Notes under the pieces: generated by a model | Seen by the model: only the letters and a program-made list of their open reading frames with translations | What the model was told of the DNA's origin: nothing | Databases searched by the model: none | Translations under genes and position numbers: made by a program | Shown here: piece by piece, positions 11,542-22,298 of the stretch | Layout of the letters: each line of letters begins with the position of its first letter | How positions within the stretch are numbered: the first letter of the stretch is position 1 | Assembly (NCBI GenBank): GCA_963769025.1 | Contig: CAVYKI010000006.1 | Location: 288,001 to 352,000 of the forward strand | Length of the DNA: 64,000 bases | DNA from: an uncultured Verrucomicrobiae bacterium | GTDB taxonomy: Bacteria; Verrucomicrobiota; Verrucomicrobiia; Chthoniobacterales; Chthoniobacteraceae | Direction: 5' to 3'

Positions 11542-13371
11542 CTACGCGACCTCGACGGCCTTTTCGGAACGCTTGCGGGCGTTCGCGTCGAGGACCTTTT
11601 TGCGCAGGCGCAGGCTCTTCGGCGTGACTTCCACGTATTCGTCGGGCGCGATGTATTCGAGCGTGCGTTCGAGGCTGAGCTTGAGCGCGGGCGGGAGGGC
11701 GATGCCCTTGCCGTCGCCCTGCGAACGCATGTTCGTGAGCTTCTTCGCGCGGCAGGGGTTCACGGGCATGTCCTCGTTGCGGCTGTTTTCGCCGACGATC
11801 ATGCCCTCGTAGATTTCCTCCTGCGGATCGATGAAGAGGCGGCCGCGCTGCTGGATCGTGTCGAGCGCGTAGGCCGTGCTGACGCCGGTCTCCATGCTCA
11901 CGAGCACGCCGGTGCCGCGGTTCGGGATTTCGCCCTTGTGCGGGCCGTAGCCGTGGAAGAGCGCGCTGATGATGCCGTGCCCCTTCGTCACATTCACGAG
12001 CACGGTCTCGAAGCCGATGAGCCCGCGCGTGGGGATGATGGAGGTGAGTTCCACGCTGTGCGGGTGATGCTCCATGTGCGTGATCTCGGCCTTGCGACCG
12101 GCGAGGTTCTGCATGATGTCGCCGAGATATTCCTGCGGCATGTCCACGGAGAGTTCCTCATACGGCTCCTGCAGATCGCCCTTTTCATCGCGTTTGAAAA
12201 TCACCTCAGGGCGCGAGACGAGCAGCTCGAAACCTTCGCGCCGCATCTGCTCCACAAGGATCGCGATCTGCATTTCGCCGCGTGCCTTGATTTCAAAATG
12301 ACCGGCGACGTCCGTCTCCGCGACTTGCAGCGAGACGTTGGTGCGCGTCTCACGCAGGAGCCGCTCGCGCACCTGGCGTGCGGTGAGCAGGCTGCCCTCG
12401 CGACCGGCGAGCGGGCCGTCGTTGATGCAAATCTTCATCGTGATCGTGGGCGGATCGATGTCGATGAAGTGCAGCGGCTCGCGCTCCTCGCTGTCCGTGA
12501 GCGTCTCGCCGATGAACACGTCCTCAAAGCCCGCGATGCCGACGATCTCGCCGGCTTCCGCCTCGGGGATTTCAACTTTCTTCATGCCTTCATGGCCGAA
12601 GAGCGCGGTCACTTTCGCCTTGGACGGCTTCGCGTCGGCATGGAGGCAGACGAGCGTGTCGCCGACCTTCACCTTGCCGCTGACGATGCGCCCGTAGGCG
12701 AGACGGCCGAGGTAATCGCTGTAGTCGAGGTTCGCGACGCAGAATTGGAAATACGGCTCGGCGCCGATTTTCGGCGGCGGGATTTTGTCCACGACGGTCT
12801 GGTAAAGCGGCTCCATCGTGTCGCTCTCGTCGGTGAGGTTGATCTTTGCGAAGCCCTGCTTGGCGCTCGCATACACGACAGGAAAGTCGAGCTGCTCATC
12901 GGTCGCGTGCAGTTCGAGGAAAAGCTCGAACACCTGGTCGAGCACCTTGTGCGGCTCGGCGTTCTCGCGGTCGATCTTGTTGATGACGACGATCGGCTTC
13001 GCGCCATTCTCCAGCGCCTTCTTGAGCACGAACTTCGTCTGCGCCTGCGGGCCGTCGTGCGCGTCCACGACGAGCAGCACGCCATCGATCATCTTCATGA
13101 TGCGCTCCACCTCGCCGCCGAAATCGGCGTGGCCGGGAGTGTCCACGATGTTGATGTGGTAGTCCTTCCAGCGGAACGCCGCGTTCTTGGCCTTGATGGT
13201 GATGCCCTTTTCGCGCTCGAGATCCATGGAGTCCATGATGCGCTCCTCGCTCGCCTTGGCTTCGTTTGCGCGGAAGGTGCCGGCCTGCTTGAGCAGGCAG
13301 TCCACGAGAGTGGTTTTGCCATGATCGACGTGTGCGATGATGGCGATGTTGCGGATGTGTTGCTGTGACAT
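11542..13371 (-). CDS. typA: Translational GTPase TypA/BipA
   Basis: IRNIAIIAHVDHGKTT, EREKGITI, DTPGHADFGGEVER, NKID, KKLTNMRS, EVTPKSLRLRK. Confidence 0.98.
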   Translation of the reverse strand: MSQQHIRNIAIIAHVDHGKTTLVDCLLKQAGTFRANEAKASEERIMDSMDLEREKGITIKAKNAAFRWKDYHINIVDTPGHADFGGEVERIMKMIDGVLLVVDAHDGPQAQTKFVLKKALENGAKPIVVINKIDRENAEPHKVLDQVFELFLELHATDEQLDFPVVYASAKQGFAKINLTDESDTMEPLYQTVVDKIPPPKIGAEPYFQFCVANLDYSDYLGRLAYGRIVSGKVKVGDTLVCLHADAKPSKAKVTALFGHEGMKKVEIPEAEAGEIVGIAGFEDVFIGETLTDSEEREPLHFIDIDPPTITMKICINDGPLAGREGSLLTARQVRERLLRETRTNVSLQVAETDVAGHFEIKARGEMQIAILVEQMRREGFELLVSRPEVIFKRDEKGDLQEPYEELSVDMPQEYLGDIMQNLAGRKAEITHMEHHPHSVELTSIIPTRGLIGFETVLVNVTKGHGIISALFHGYGPHKGEIPNRGTGVLVSMETGVSTAYALDTIQQRGRLFIDPQEEIYEGMIVGENSRNEDMPVNPCRAKKLTNMRSQGDGKGIALPPALKLSLERTLEYIAPDEYVEVTPKSLRLRKKVLDANARKRSEKAVEVA

Positions 13372-13547
13372 GAATTGGTTTCTCCCGGAAAAAAGGGGGC
13401 GGAATATGGCAGTAAATCGCGCGCTGGCAAGGGGCGTGAATGAGTCATTTGCATGACGCCGCGCGACCGGCCATCGGTGGTTGTCGGCCCCAACCGCGCT
13501 CGGATGCCTTCTCTCGCGGCGTGGCGGAAAGCCGCCGCAGGTGCCGG

Positions 13548-14291
13548 CTACTTCTTCGCGGGGTCCACGAAGCTGATTGAGTGAATGATGGCGAGCCCGA
13601 CGCCCTTGGATGAAAGGTCGGCGGGATCCTTGATCTCGCTCAGCTTCGTATCCGCCATGAGGAACGCCATGACGCCGCCGGCCTGCGTGGGGTGCAGGAC
13701 GCCGACGAGTTTCACCGCGTAATGTTCGCCGCTTCCGGGCTGGGTCATGTGGGCGTGGACGCACGCGGCGTCATTGCCGCCGATCTTCGTCGCGTAGGCC
13801 TGGAGGAAGGCGACCTTTTCGTATCCCTTGGTCGCACCGGCGAGGCCTTGGGACTTGAGCAGCGCCGCGCACAGTTTGAGTCGTTCCACGGGCGTGGCCT
13901 GGAGCGGAACGGTGAGATTGGCGAAGCGCAAAATCTCGATGGCCTTTTTGTCCGGCGTGCCGGTCATGAATTTCACGAGCTCCGGTGCGCCCGACTTCTT
14001 CCCGCCGGGCGTGAACAGCACGCCCTTGTCCTTCGGGATCACGACCCGGAACGGCGCGCTGGGCGGCTGGCCCTCGTGCTTCGTGGTGAAGGCCTCATCG
14101 ATCGTCAGGGGCGTGCCCGATACGAAGCCTTTGACATTGAGGCCGGCGGGGCCGCCGACCGAAAAATCACCGACGGACTCTTCCTTGAACGGCAGCGGCG
14201 GCAGCTTCGACAGATCCTCCTGCGCGCCGGACTGCTGGGCAAAGGATGAAATGGCGGCGAGGAGGAGCAGGAGGAAGGATGGAGTTTTCAT
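13548..14291 (-). CDS. Hypothetical secreted protein
   Basis: Signal peptide MKTPSFLLLLLAAISSFA; typical codon bias. Confidence 0.75.
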   Translation of the reverse strand: MKTPSFLLLLLAAISSFAQQSGAQEDLSKLPPLPFKEESVGDFSVGGPAGLNVKGFVSGTPLTIDEAFTTKHEGQPPSAPFRVVIPKDKGVLFTPGGKKSGAPELVKFMTGTPDKKAIEILRFANLTVPLQATPVERLKLCAALLKSQGLAGATKGYEKVAFLQAYATKIGGNDAACVHAHMTQPGSGEHYAVKLVGVLHPTQAGGVMAFLMADTKLSEIKDPADLSSKGVGLAIIHSISFVDPAKK

Positions 14292-14332
14292 GGGAGAGGG
14301 GAGGCGGGCTGTTTTGGGAGCGGACTGGATCT

Positions 14333-14659
14333 TCATTTTGCCCCGACGGGGATGCCGTCGGCAAATTCCACGGTGAAATCGGGAAACGAATCGACGAGCT
14401 GGATTTTGAAGTTCGGGAACGAATCGACGATCTGCCATTCGCCTGCACCGGGCAGGCTTTTGACGATCTTCACCTTGAGGTCCGGAAAGCTCGTCACCGC
14501 CTTCACCTTGTAGTCTGGGAAGCTTTTCACGAACTGGATTTTGCCGTGCACCTTCGAGGGATCGAGCTTCTCCTTTTTCCGGTCCTTGGCGTGGACGAAC
14601 CCGGCACACGCCCCGAGCGCGGTGAGGATGCCGAGTCTGGTGAAGATGGGATGCTTCAT
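14333..14659 (-). CDS. Small secreted protein with V-x-S-F-P-D repeats
   Basis: Signal peptide ending VHA, followed by about six ~11-aa units (FVKSFPD, AVTSFPD, IVKSLPG, IVDSFPN, LVDSFPD). Confidence 0.8.
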   Translation of the reverse strand: MKHPIFTRLGILTALGACAGFVHAKDRKKEKLDPSKVHGKIQFVKSFPDYKVKAVTSFPDLKVKIVKSLPGAGEWQIVDSFPNFKIQLVDSFPDFTVEFADGIPVGAK

Positions 14660-14777
14660 TGCCGGGGTTGCACGGCGCGTGTGGCCGCGCCGGAGGCGAG
14701 TTGGATTTCCGCAGTTCACATGAGGGTCGCCGGGATATTGCTCGTTGCAATCCGATAAAGCGGGTAGGGAAGCCGGC

Positions 14778-15305
14778 ATGAATCGACTCTCCGAAGGCGC
14801 CCGGAAAGCTGTGACAGAACTGCTGCTCGCCGGAGCGGTGAACGGCTTCTTTTTCGCGCTGCTCGCGCTGGTGCTCTGGCCCATGGGAAAGGCGAGGCTG
14901 TCCGCCCATCTCGCCGGCGGCTTTTGCGTCTTTGCCTTCGTGGTTTGCGTCGTTTTTGTGGCGGGCCTGGTGATCCAGCGCGTCTTCCGGATCGAAGAGG
15001 ATCCGCCTTCCAATCCGTACATCATCCTGAACCTCGTCCTCGGAGCATTCCTGCAACTGGGCTGGGCCGCCTACGCCGCGTCCGCCGTCACCGGTCTCGC
15101 AGCGGGCGCTTCGCTGTGGATTGCCGCCGTGCTGTATGTGGTCGGGATTATCGCGAGCTGGCTCACGACGATGGTGACCGGGGCGCTTTATCAGGGCACT
15201 CTTTATAAGCTGGTCAACGCCCTGCTCTCAGTCGCGGGCTACGTCCTTTTCGCCGTGTGGCCGGGCGCGGGTCGCGCGCTCTTTGGATGGGCTTTCGTCC
15301 ACTGA
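14778..15305 (+). CDS. Hypothetical multi-pass membrane protein
   Basis: Five or more hydrophobic segments. Confidence 0.7.
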   Translation: MNRLSEGARKAVTELLLAGAVNGFFFALLALVLWPMGKARLSAHLAGGFCVFAFVVCVVFVAGLVIQRVFRIEEDPPSNPYIILNLVLGAFLQLGWAAYAASAVTGLAAGASLWIAAVLYVVGIIASWLTTMVTGALYQGTLYKLVNALLSVAGYVLFAVWPGAGRALFGWAFVH

Positions 15306-15326
15306 GCCGAGATGCGGCGTGCGCCC

Positions 15327-15956
15327 TCAGCGCATGTCCAGGATCTTCGCAGTCCGGGGAAAATTGCGCTTCATGTAGCCCGCCGGCTCGAATGGCCAGA
15401 AGGTGTTTCCTTGCGCGAGCGCGGTGCGGAAGTCCGCGCGCATTTGCGCCGGCTTCCCCGTAAAGAACAGCGCCAGCTTTTCGTCGCCCAGCAGGTGCAT
15501 CACGGTCCCGACCATCACCCAATGCGTCTCCGCCGCTGCGCCATCGCCTTGCATTGCAAAGAACGATCGCATCGCCGCCGGTTCGCCTTTCGTCGCGGCG
15601 CGCGCCATCGGGTAGTAGTCCAGCCCCTTGCGCCGCGCATAGAGGTTCACCTCGTCGTCCGGCCCGCCGTCCTTGATGTCCGCCGGCACCGCGTGGAAGC
15701 GCACGCGGCTCGCGTGCATCCAGCCGGTCTTGCCGGAGCCGAGCGTGACCTTCACCCACTCCGCGAATTCCGCGCCGCGATGCTCGAAGGTGAAGACCTC
15801 GCCCGCCTTCACCTTTGCCACGATGGCCGAGTCCGTGGCCGCGCCCGCGCGCACGTTGGTGAAGCCGTCGGGATCGTTGATGACGCCGCGCTCTTCCGCA
15901 CGCGTGGGCTGCATGAGCGCGAGGCCGAGGATGAAAAGCAGGGTTACGTGTTTCAT
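15327..15956 (-). CDS. Secreted bacterial SH3-domain protein
   Basis: Signal peptide; INDPDGFTNVRAG...EWVKV...GKTGWMHASRV (SH3b pattern). Confidence 0.82.
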   Translation of the reverse strand: MKHVTLLFILGLALMQPTRAEERGVINDPDGFTNVRAGAATDSAIVAKVKAGEVFTFEHRGAEFAEWVKVTLGSGKTGWMHASRVRFHAVPADIKDGGPDDEVNLYARRKGLDYYPMARAATKGEPAAMRSFFAMQGDGAAAETHWVMVGTVMHLLGDEKLALFFTGKPAQMRADFRTALAQGNTFWPFEPAGYMKRNFPRTAKILDMR

Positions 15957-16131
15957 GAGGATCGCTTCGGTCCTTCAAAGGCAAATCCAGACGGCTGACG
16001 AAAGCAATCCGCGGGTCGCGGGCTGCCACCATGGCGCACTACCGGTGCGCATGTTTTCGCGCATGGCTCTCCGCGCACGGGCGGACACATTCGCATTGCG
16101 CGAAATGCCGGGGGGCAAGCACACTCCGCGC

Positions 16132-17634
16132 ATGTCGCCCCTCTCACGCCGCCATTTCCTCGCCACGTCCTCGCTCGCACTCATCGCCGGATCGCTGGCG
16201 AGGGCCGTGGAGCCCTTTGCGCGCACGGGCGCGCCCCGGCTGCGGCTGAGCCTCGCGGCGTATTCGTTCCGCGATTACTTCACCGAAGGGCCCAAGGTGA
16301 AGGCGGGCGCGAACATCCCGGCGGACAAGGCGCTGACGATGGAGAAGTTCATCGACCGCTGCGCGGAATGGCAGGTCGATGGCGCCGAGCTGACGAGCTA
16401 CTGGTTCCCCGCGGACGTGAGCGACACGCGGCTGCTGGCGATCCGCAGGCACGCGTATCTGCGCGGCGTGAGCATCAGCGGCACGGCGGTGGGAAACACC
16501 TTCACGCATCCGGCAGGAGCGGAGCGGGACAAGCAGGTCGCGGACGTGAAGCTGTGGATCGATCGCGCGGCGCTGCTCGGAGCACCGCACATTCGCGTCT
16601 TCGCGGGAGCGATGCAAAAGGGAAGCACGCCTGAGGCCGCGAAGAAGGCGTGCATCGAGCAGCTCGAGGAATGCGGCGAGTACGCGGGAAAGCGCGGCAT
16701 TTTCCTCGGCGTGGAGAATCACGGCGGCATCGTCGCGGAGCCGGAGGCGCTGCTGGAAATCATCCGCGCGGTGAAGAGCCCGTGGGTGGGGATCAACTTT
16801 GACTCGGGAAATTTCCACACCGAGGATCCGTATGCGGACCTCGCGAAGATCGCGCCGTACGCGGTGAATGCGCAGATCAAGACGGAGATGAAGCGAAGCG
16901 GCGCGAAGGAAGCGGAGCGGGCGGACTTTGCAAAGATCGCAGGAATCCTGCGCGCGGCGAATTACCAGGGCTGGGTCGCGCTGGAGTTTGAGGAAAAGAC
17001 GGACCCGTGGGAGCACGTGCCGGTGGTGCTGGCGCAACTGCGCGCGGCGCTGGCCTCCCCGGCGAAGACGGCGGCTGCGGGTGTGGAGTGGACGCCGCTT
17101 TTCGACGGCAAGACGCTCGGGAAATGGAAGGAGACGGACTTTGCCGGACGTGCGGACGTGTCGGTGAAGAACGGCGAGCTCCTGCTGCCACAGGGCGGCG
17201 ACATGACGGGCATCAACCTCGAGGCCGCGCCCGCGAAGATGGACTACGAGGTGGAATTCCAGGCGAAGCGCATCGAGGGCGACGACTTTTTCGGCGCGTT
17301 CACGTTTCCGGTCGGGGAGAAGCACGTGACGTTCATCGCCGGCGGCTGGGGCGGCAGCGTCGTGGGCATCTCGAATGTGAACGGCGAAAACGCGAGCGAG
17401 AACGAGACGACGACGTTCAGGAATTTCAAGAAGGACCAGTGGTACCGCTTCCGCGTTCGGGTGACGAAGGAGAAGGTCGAGGCGTGGGTGGATGCGGATC
17501 AGGTCGTGGACATCGAGACCGACGGGAAGAATCTCGAAATGCGCATCGGCGAGATCGAAAGCTCGAAGCCGTTCGGCTTCGCGACCTGGCGGACCTCGGG
17601 CGCGCTCAAGGACATCCGCTGGCGGAAGCTGTGA
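16132..17634 (+). CDS. Tat-exported xylose-isomerase-like TIM barrel (AP_endonuc_2) fused to a DUF1080 domain
   Basis: SRRHFL Tat motif; metal-site motifs GVENHGG, NFDSGNF, ALEFE; then WTPLFDGKTLGKW...DYEVEFQAK...DQWYRFRVRV...DIRWRKL. Confidence 0.88.
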   Translation: MSPLSRRHFLATSSLALIAGSLARAVEPFARTGAPRLRLSLAAYSFRDYFTEGPKVKAGANIPADKALTMEKFIDRCAEWQVDGAELTSYWFPADVSDTRLLAIRRHAYLRGVSISGTAVGNTFTHPAGAERDKQVADVKLWIDRAALLGAPHIRVFAGAMQKGSTPEAAKKACIEQLEECGEYAGKRGIFLGVENHGGIVAEPEALLEIIRAVKSPWVGINFDSGNFHTEDPYADLAKIAPYAVNAQIKTEMKRSGAKEAERADFAKIAGILRAANYQGWVALEFEEKTDPWEHVPVVLAQLRAALASPAKTAAAGVEWTPLFDGKTLGKWKETDFAGRADVSVKNGELLLPQGGDMTGINLEAAPAKMDYEVEFQAKRIEGDDFFGAFTFPVGEKHVTFIAGGWGGSVVGISNVNGENASENETTTFRNFKKDQWYRFRVRVTKEKVEAWVDADQVVDIETDGKNLEMRIGEIESSKPFGFATWRTSGALKDIRWRKL

Positions 17635-17732
17635 TGGAGCTGGATAAGCCTCGGCGCACGTCATCCCACGATGTGCAGCATCAACGCCGTGCTTTCGGGC
17701 TGGGTCGGGGCGTTTCGGCCGCCGGGTTGGGT

Positions 17733-20700
17733 TCAATGCGCGCCGCTGCGGCGACGCCGACCTAGCATCAAGCCGCCGCCAATCGCGAGCAGGAGAATGC
17801 TGCCGGGCTCGGGAACGATTTCTCCCCGCAGATTGAGCTGGATGACATTCTGGCCAGTGCTGGTGCTGGCATTGGTGGAGGTCGGATTCAGGGTGAGCGA
17901 ATCGGTGTATGTCCCGAAGGCCATCGCGCTGTCGAAGCTGACACCGGTGCCGTGGCTGCTGCCGGAGGTCGTGCCGCTGAAGGGGACGAAACCGGTGAGC
18001 GAAAAGTTTGTTACCGTCCCCGTGCTGAATGTGCCGCCGAGCGTGTCCTGAAAGGTGGCGTCGTGTAGGAAATTGAGCACCCCGAGGGAAGCGGAGAATA
18101 TGCCGGTATTCTGAACGACCTGGCCGAAATCGAGTGTGAACGTAGTGGCATCATTTTGCGAAACGATGCCGGAACCCAAGGAGAGGACGAACCGGGGGTC
18201 CGCGAAGAAATTCACCTGGCCTTGCATGTTCACGGTCTGGGACGACAGGGCTGTCGTGCCAAGACCACTGGTGCCTGCGCCGTTCGATGCCAGCGCGATG
18301 GTCGCGGTGCCGGTCTTGCTGCCCGCACTCGCGGTATTCACGCCCACGCTGAGGCTGGAATTGTTGGTGCCTTGCGCATTGAGCAGGCTGAACGAACCCG
18401 CCGCCGTCGCGTCGCCCGTGGTGGCGCTGAAGCTGGCATCAAGTTTTTCGGAGAAAGCGTCGTTGGTCGCGGTGTTCGTGAGGGCGAGCGCCTGCGACGG
18501 CGTCTCCCCGATGTGAACCACGCCGAAGTTCACGGGCTCCGGGGTGTGTGCGCTGGCGGCGGCGAGGCGGAAGACGGCGCCGTTCACGTTCACCGTCTGC
18601 GCAGTCAGCGCGGTCGTGCCGAGGCCGCTGGTGCCGGTGCCGTCGCTCGTCAGGGAGATGGTGGCGGTGCCGTTCTTGCTGCCCGCGGAAGCGGTGGAGA
18701 TGTCCACACCCAGGCTGGTGCTGTTGGTCGCCCCCGCCGCGAGGAGATTGAAAGTCCCGCTGTTGGTGGTGACGCCGCCGGTCGCGGACCCGATGGATGC
18801 GTTGAGGAACTCAGAGAAGCCGTCTGCGGGCACATTGTTCGTGATGCTCAGCAACTGGGAAGGCGCGGTGTCTCCGACGTGGAAGTTGCCAAAGTTGATC
18901 GGCTCCGGCGTGTGTGCGGTGGGATTCGCGAAACGAAAAGCCGCGCCACTGACGACGACATTCACACCGGCGACATTGTCGAAATTCGACTCGATGTGCA
19001 CCTGCTGGCCGGTCAGAGCTCCAGCCGTGTTTGCGGTGAACGTGACTCCGAGCGAGGCGCTGCTCGCGCCGGAAACGATGGGCAGGAGGTTCGAGGCCGT
19101 GACGCCGGCACCGCTCAGGCGGGCATCCGTGATGTTGCCACCATTGGCCGCCGTCTGGATCACAGCGCGCAACTGCGGATTGGTGCCGGCGATGCCGTTA
19201 TGATCGACCGTAAAGCCGAGGCTCGGGGTGTCGCCGACATGCACATTGCCAAAGGCGAGGGAGCCCGTGGTCGAGAGCATGAAGGGAAGGCCGGCGAGGA
19301 TCTGCCCGGCACCGGCGACATTCGCGCGTTTGTCGAAGGCATTGCCGACTCCGAAGGAGGCATTGGTGTAGTCGGCGGTTACGGTGAAGTTGTTTGCGCC
19401 GAGATTCAGACTGCCGGACGTGGTGCCATTGTGGATGAGGAAATCGGCACTGCTGCCCGACGCGCCCGCGCTGAGGTCAAGCGTGCTGCCGGGATTGATT
19501 TGCACCGTTCCGCTGCCGCCTTGGATGCCGTTGGCAAAGGCGAGGATGCCGCCGCTGGATGCGATGAGGCCGTGGTTGGTCGGGCGCGGCGTGATACTGC
19601 CGAAGCCGGTGATGGAACTGCCCGCGCGGTTGATCAGCGAGAGGGAATTGAACGTGCCGCCGCCGAGTTGGAGCGCCGCGGTGTCGCCCGGGGTCAGGCC
19701 GTTCACGAAGGGATTGGCCGTGGTGTAGTTGCGATTGCCCAGTATTTTCACCGTGCCGTTGTTGGTGAGGAGGCTCGAGTTCAAGCGACGTGGCCACGCT
19801 TTGGAAATCTGAGCCCGCGCCGTTGAGTTCCACCGTCGTGTTGGAGGCAATCTGGGTGACCGCAATTCCGCGGATGGTCATCGTCGCACCTCCGCCGGTC
19901 GCGACGGCGCGATAGGTGCCGCCCGTGAGGATGCCCGCGACATTGTTCGTGAGCACGGCGGAGGCATCCATCGTGAGCGCGCTGCCATTGAGCACTTCGA
20001 AGGTCCCGCTGTTTGTGAAGTCGCCACTGCCATTGCCCGTGAGCAGGAGGATGCCCCCGTTGCTGGCGCGCGAGATGCCTTCGTTGACGAAGGCGGTGGC
20101 CACGTTGCCGGGATCGACGGTCAGCGTGCGGCCCGAGATGTTGGCGTCGATCGTTCCCTGGTTGGTGACGGAAGAAAAGTTGAGCCCGATATTGCCCTCG
20201 CCTTGGATGGTGTTGTTCACGTTCGTGAGCCGGAAGGTACCGGTCACCCGGGCGTTGCTGTTCGCATCGAGACTCGCGAGGAAGACCGCGCCGCCGCCGG
20301 TCAGGCTCGTATCGGCGGTCAGGGCGAGAACGGTGTTGTTGACGGTGGCATTGAGCCTGATCGTGCCGCTGTTGTTGATCGCCCCGGCGATGTTGGTGAT
20401 GCTGGAGTTGTCACCGATGAAGCTCCCGGTGTTGGTCACGTCGGTGAGGCTCGCCGTCTGGCCGGCCAGGTTGCGGATGATGCCACCGCCACTGGTGCTC
20501 AACACGGTGTCCGACAACGCCACAGTGCCGCTCAGCCGCACCTCGGAACTGGCACCCACCGCGCTGACGGCGCTGCCATTCGTGCTGCTGAAGGCGCCGC
20601 CGCCGTTGCCCGTGAGCAGGAGGATGCCTCCGTTGCTGGCGCGCAGGATGCCTTCGTTGACGAAGGCACTGGCCACGTTGCCGGGATCGACGGTCAGCGT

Positions 20701-21146
20701 CCGGCCATTGATGTTGGCGTCAATCGTCCCCTGGTTGGTAAAGGAAGAAAAGTTCGCCCCAAGATTGCCCTCGCCTTGGATGGTGTTGTTCACGTTCGTG
20801 AGCCGGAAGAAGCCGGTCACCCGGGCGTTGCTGCTCGTATCGAGACTCGCGAGGAAGACCGCTCCGCCGCCGGTCAAGGCCGTGTCGGCGGTCAAGGCGA
20901 GAAGGGTGTTGTTGACGGTGGCCTCGAGCCTGATCGTCCCGCTGTTGTTGATCGCGCCGGCGATGTTGGTGGTGCTGGCGTTGTTGCCGATGAAGCTCCC
21001 GGTGTTGGTCACGTCGGTGAGGCTCGCCGTCTGGCCGTTCAGGTTGCGGATGAAGCCGCCGCTGGTGCTCAACACGGTGTCCGCCAGCGTGACGCTGCCG
21101 CTCAGCTGCACCTCGGAACCGGCACCCACCGCGCTGACGGCGCTGC
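17733..21146 (-). pseudogene. Large PEP-CTERM surface protein, 5'-truncated at the IS5 element (extra frameshift near 19790)
   Basis: C-terminus VPEPGSILLLAIGGGLMLGRRRR; Gly/Asn/Thr-rich beta-repeat region; repeated AHTPEP(I/V)NFG..H(V/I)G modules. No start codon or signal peptide before the IS. Confidence 0.85.
20030..21146 (-). repeat. Tandem duplication of ~570 bp (~190 aa) inside the PEP-CTERM gene
   Basis: GAGCAGGAGGATG at 20041 and 20614; GCGCTGACGGCGCTGC at 20561 and 21131. Confidence 0.92.
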
Positions 21147-21170
21147 AGGTGAGGTTTGTGAGCCCTTCGC

Positions 21171-22139
21171 TTATGCACCTTGGAGGCGGAGGATGCCGGC
21201 GAGGCGCTTGAGGTTGTAGGCCGCAGCCTTGAGTGTGAGTTCGAGCTGGTTCTTGGCGAGGCCCAGGTAGCGCACGCGCCGGTAATGCTGCCATTTTTTG
21301 AGATGGGCAAAGACACGTTCGATGTTTGAGCGCACGCGGCTCTTGCGGCGGTTGTCCTCGCGGTCCGCCTCGGTGAGCTTGATGTGGCGGGCTCCCTTTC
21401 TGGCGATCCCGCTTTGGATGCCGTGCGCCTCCAGCCACACATGGTTGGCCTTGGTGTCGTAGGCTTTGTCGGCGTAGATGGCCGCGGTGTCCGCGGGCGC
21501 GATGCGCCTGAAGACCTCGCCTTCATACGCGCTGGCGGTGCTGATGAGCGCGGCGCGGATGAGGTGATGTTCGCCGTCGCTGCTCACGTGGGCTTTGTAT
21601 CCGTAGAAGCTCTGGTGGTATTTGCGGGTGTAGCTGGCGTCGGCATCGGGCGCGCGGCCTTCGGCTGCCGCCGTGGCGTCCGGACGCCTGCGGCTGGATT
21701 CGAGGAGCGTCGCATCCACCAGCGTGGTGCGTTTGAGGATGTAGCCTCGCGCTTCGAGCTGCGTGTTGAACAGCCCGAGCAGCTCCTCGTGCAGGCCGCA
21801 TTCGATGAGCCGCGCGCGGAACCGGCAGATCGTCGTCTCATCCGGCACGGCCTCGTGCGCGCCGAGCTGCGCAAATTTCTGGAAGCTCAGCCGGTCGCGC
21901 AACTGCTCCTCGGCCTGGGGATCGCTCAGTCCGTAGAGATGCTGCAAGATCATCACCCGCAGGAGCACGCCCACGCGGCACGCCGGGCGTCCGCCCTTGC
22001 CGTAGGTGGCGGCGACACGCTGCTCGGCCAAGGTGAAATCCACTTCGCGCGTGATGGTCTCCAACACACGGTTGGCTCCGCCACGCTGCGCCACGGCCAG
22101 ATCAAAGAAGGTCGGTTGGTTGTCACGCTCAGGTTGCAT
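21171..22139 (-). mobile_element. IS5-family DDE transposase (element ends not resolved)
   Basis: LQHLYGLSDPQAEEQLRDRLSF, VPDETTICRFR, LVDAT, YGYKAH, YADKAYD, RSNIERVFAHLK. Confidence 0.93.
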
Positions 22140-22298
22140 CCGGCGCCCCCGCAGCTCCGACCGTTCAGACGAGCCGCGCCGTGATCGCCTCGGCGCCCTC
22201 GATGCGGGTGAAGCACTTGATCGAGTCATGGGAGTCATGGCTTGCCGGCAGCGGGCAAATCGCGGATCAAAGTGGTTGGGAATTCAACGTTTCAAGCA

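Noticed and set aside
11497..13368. 623-aa plus-strand ORF
   Set aside because: Antisense shadow of typA.
20030..21146. Repeat pair as a diversity-generating retroelement TR/VR or a CRISPR array
   Set aside because: Both copies are in-frame coding repeats, differences are not evidently adenine-specific, and no reverse transcriptase or cas gene is present.
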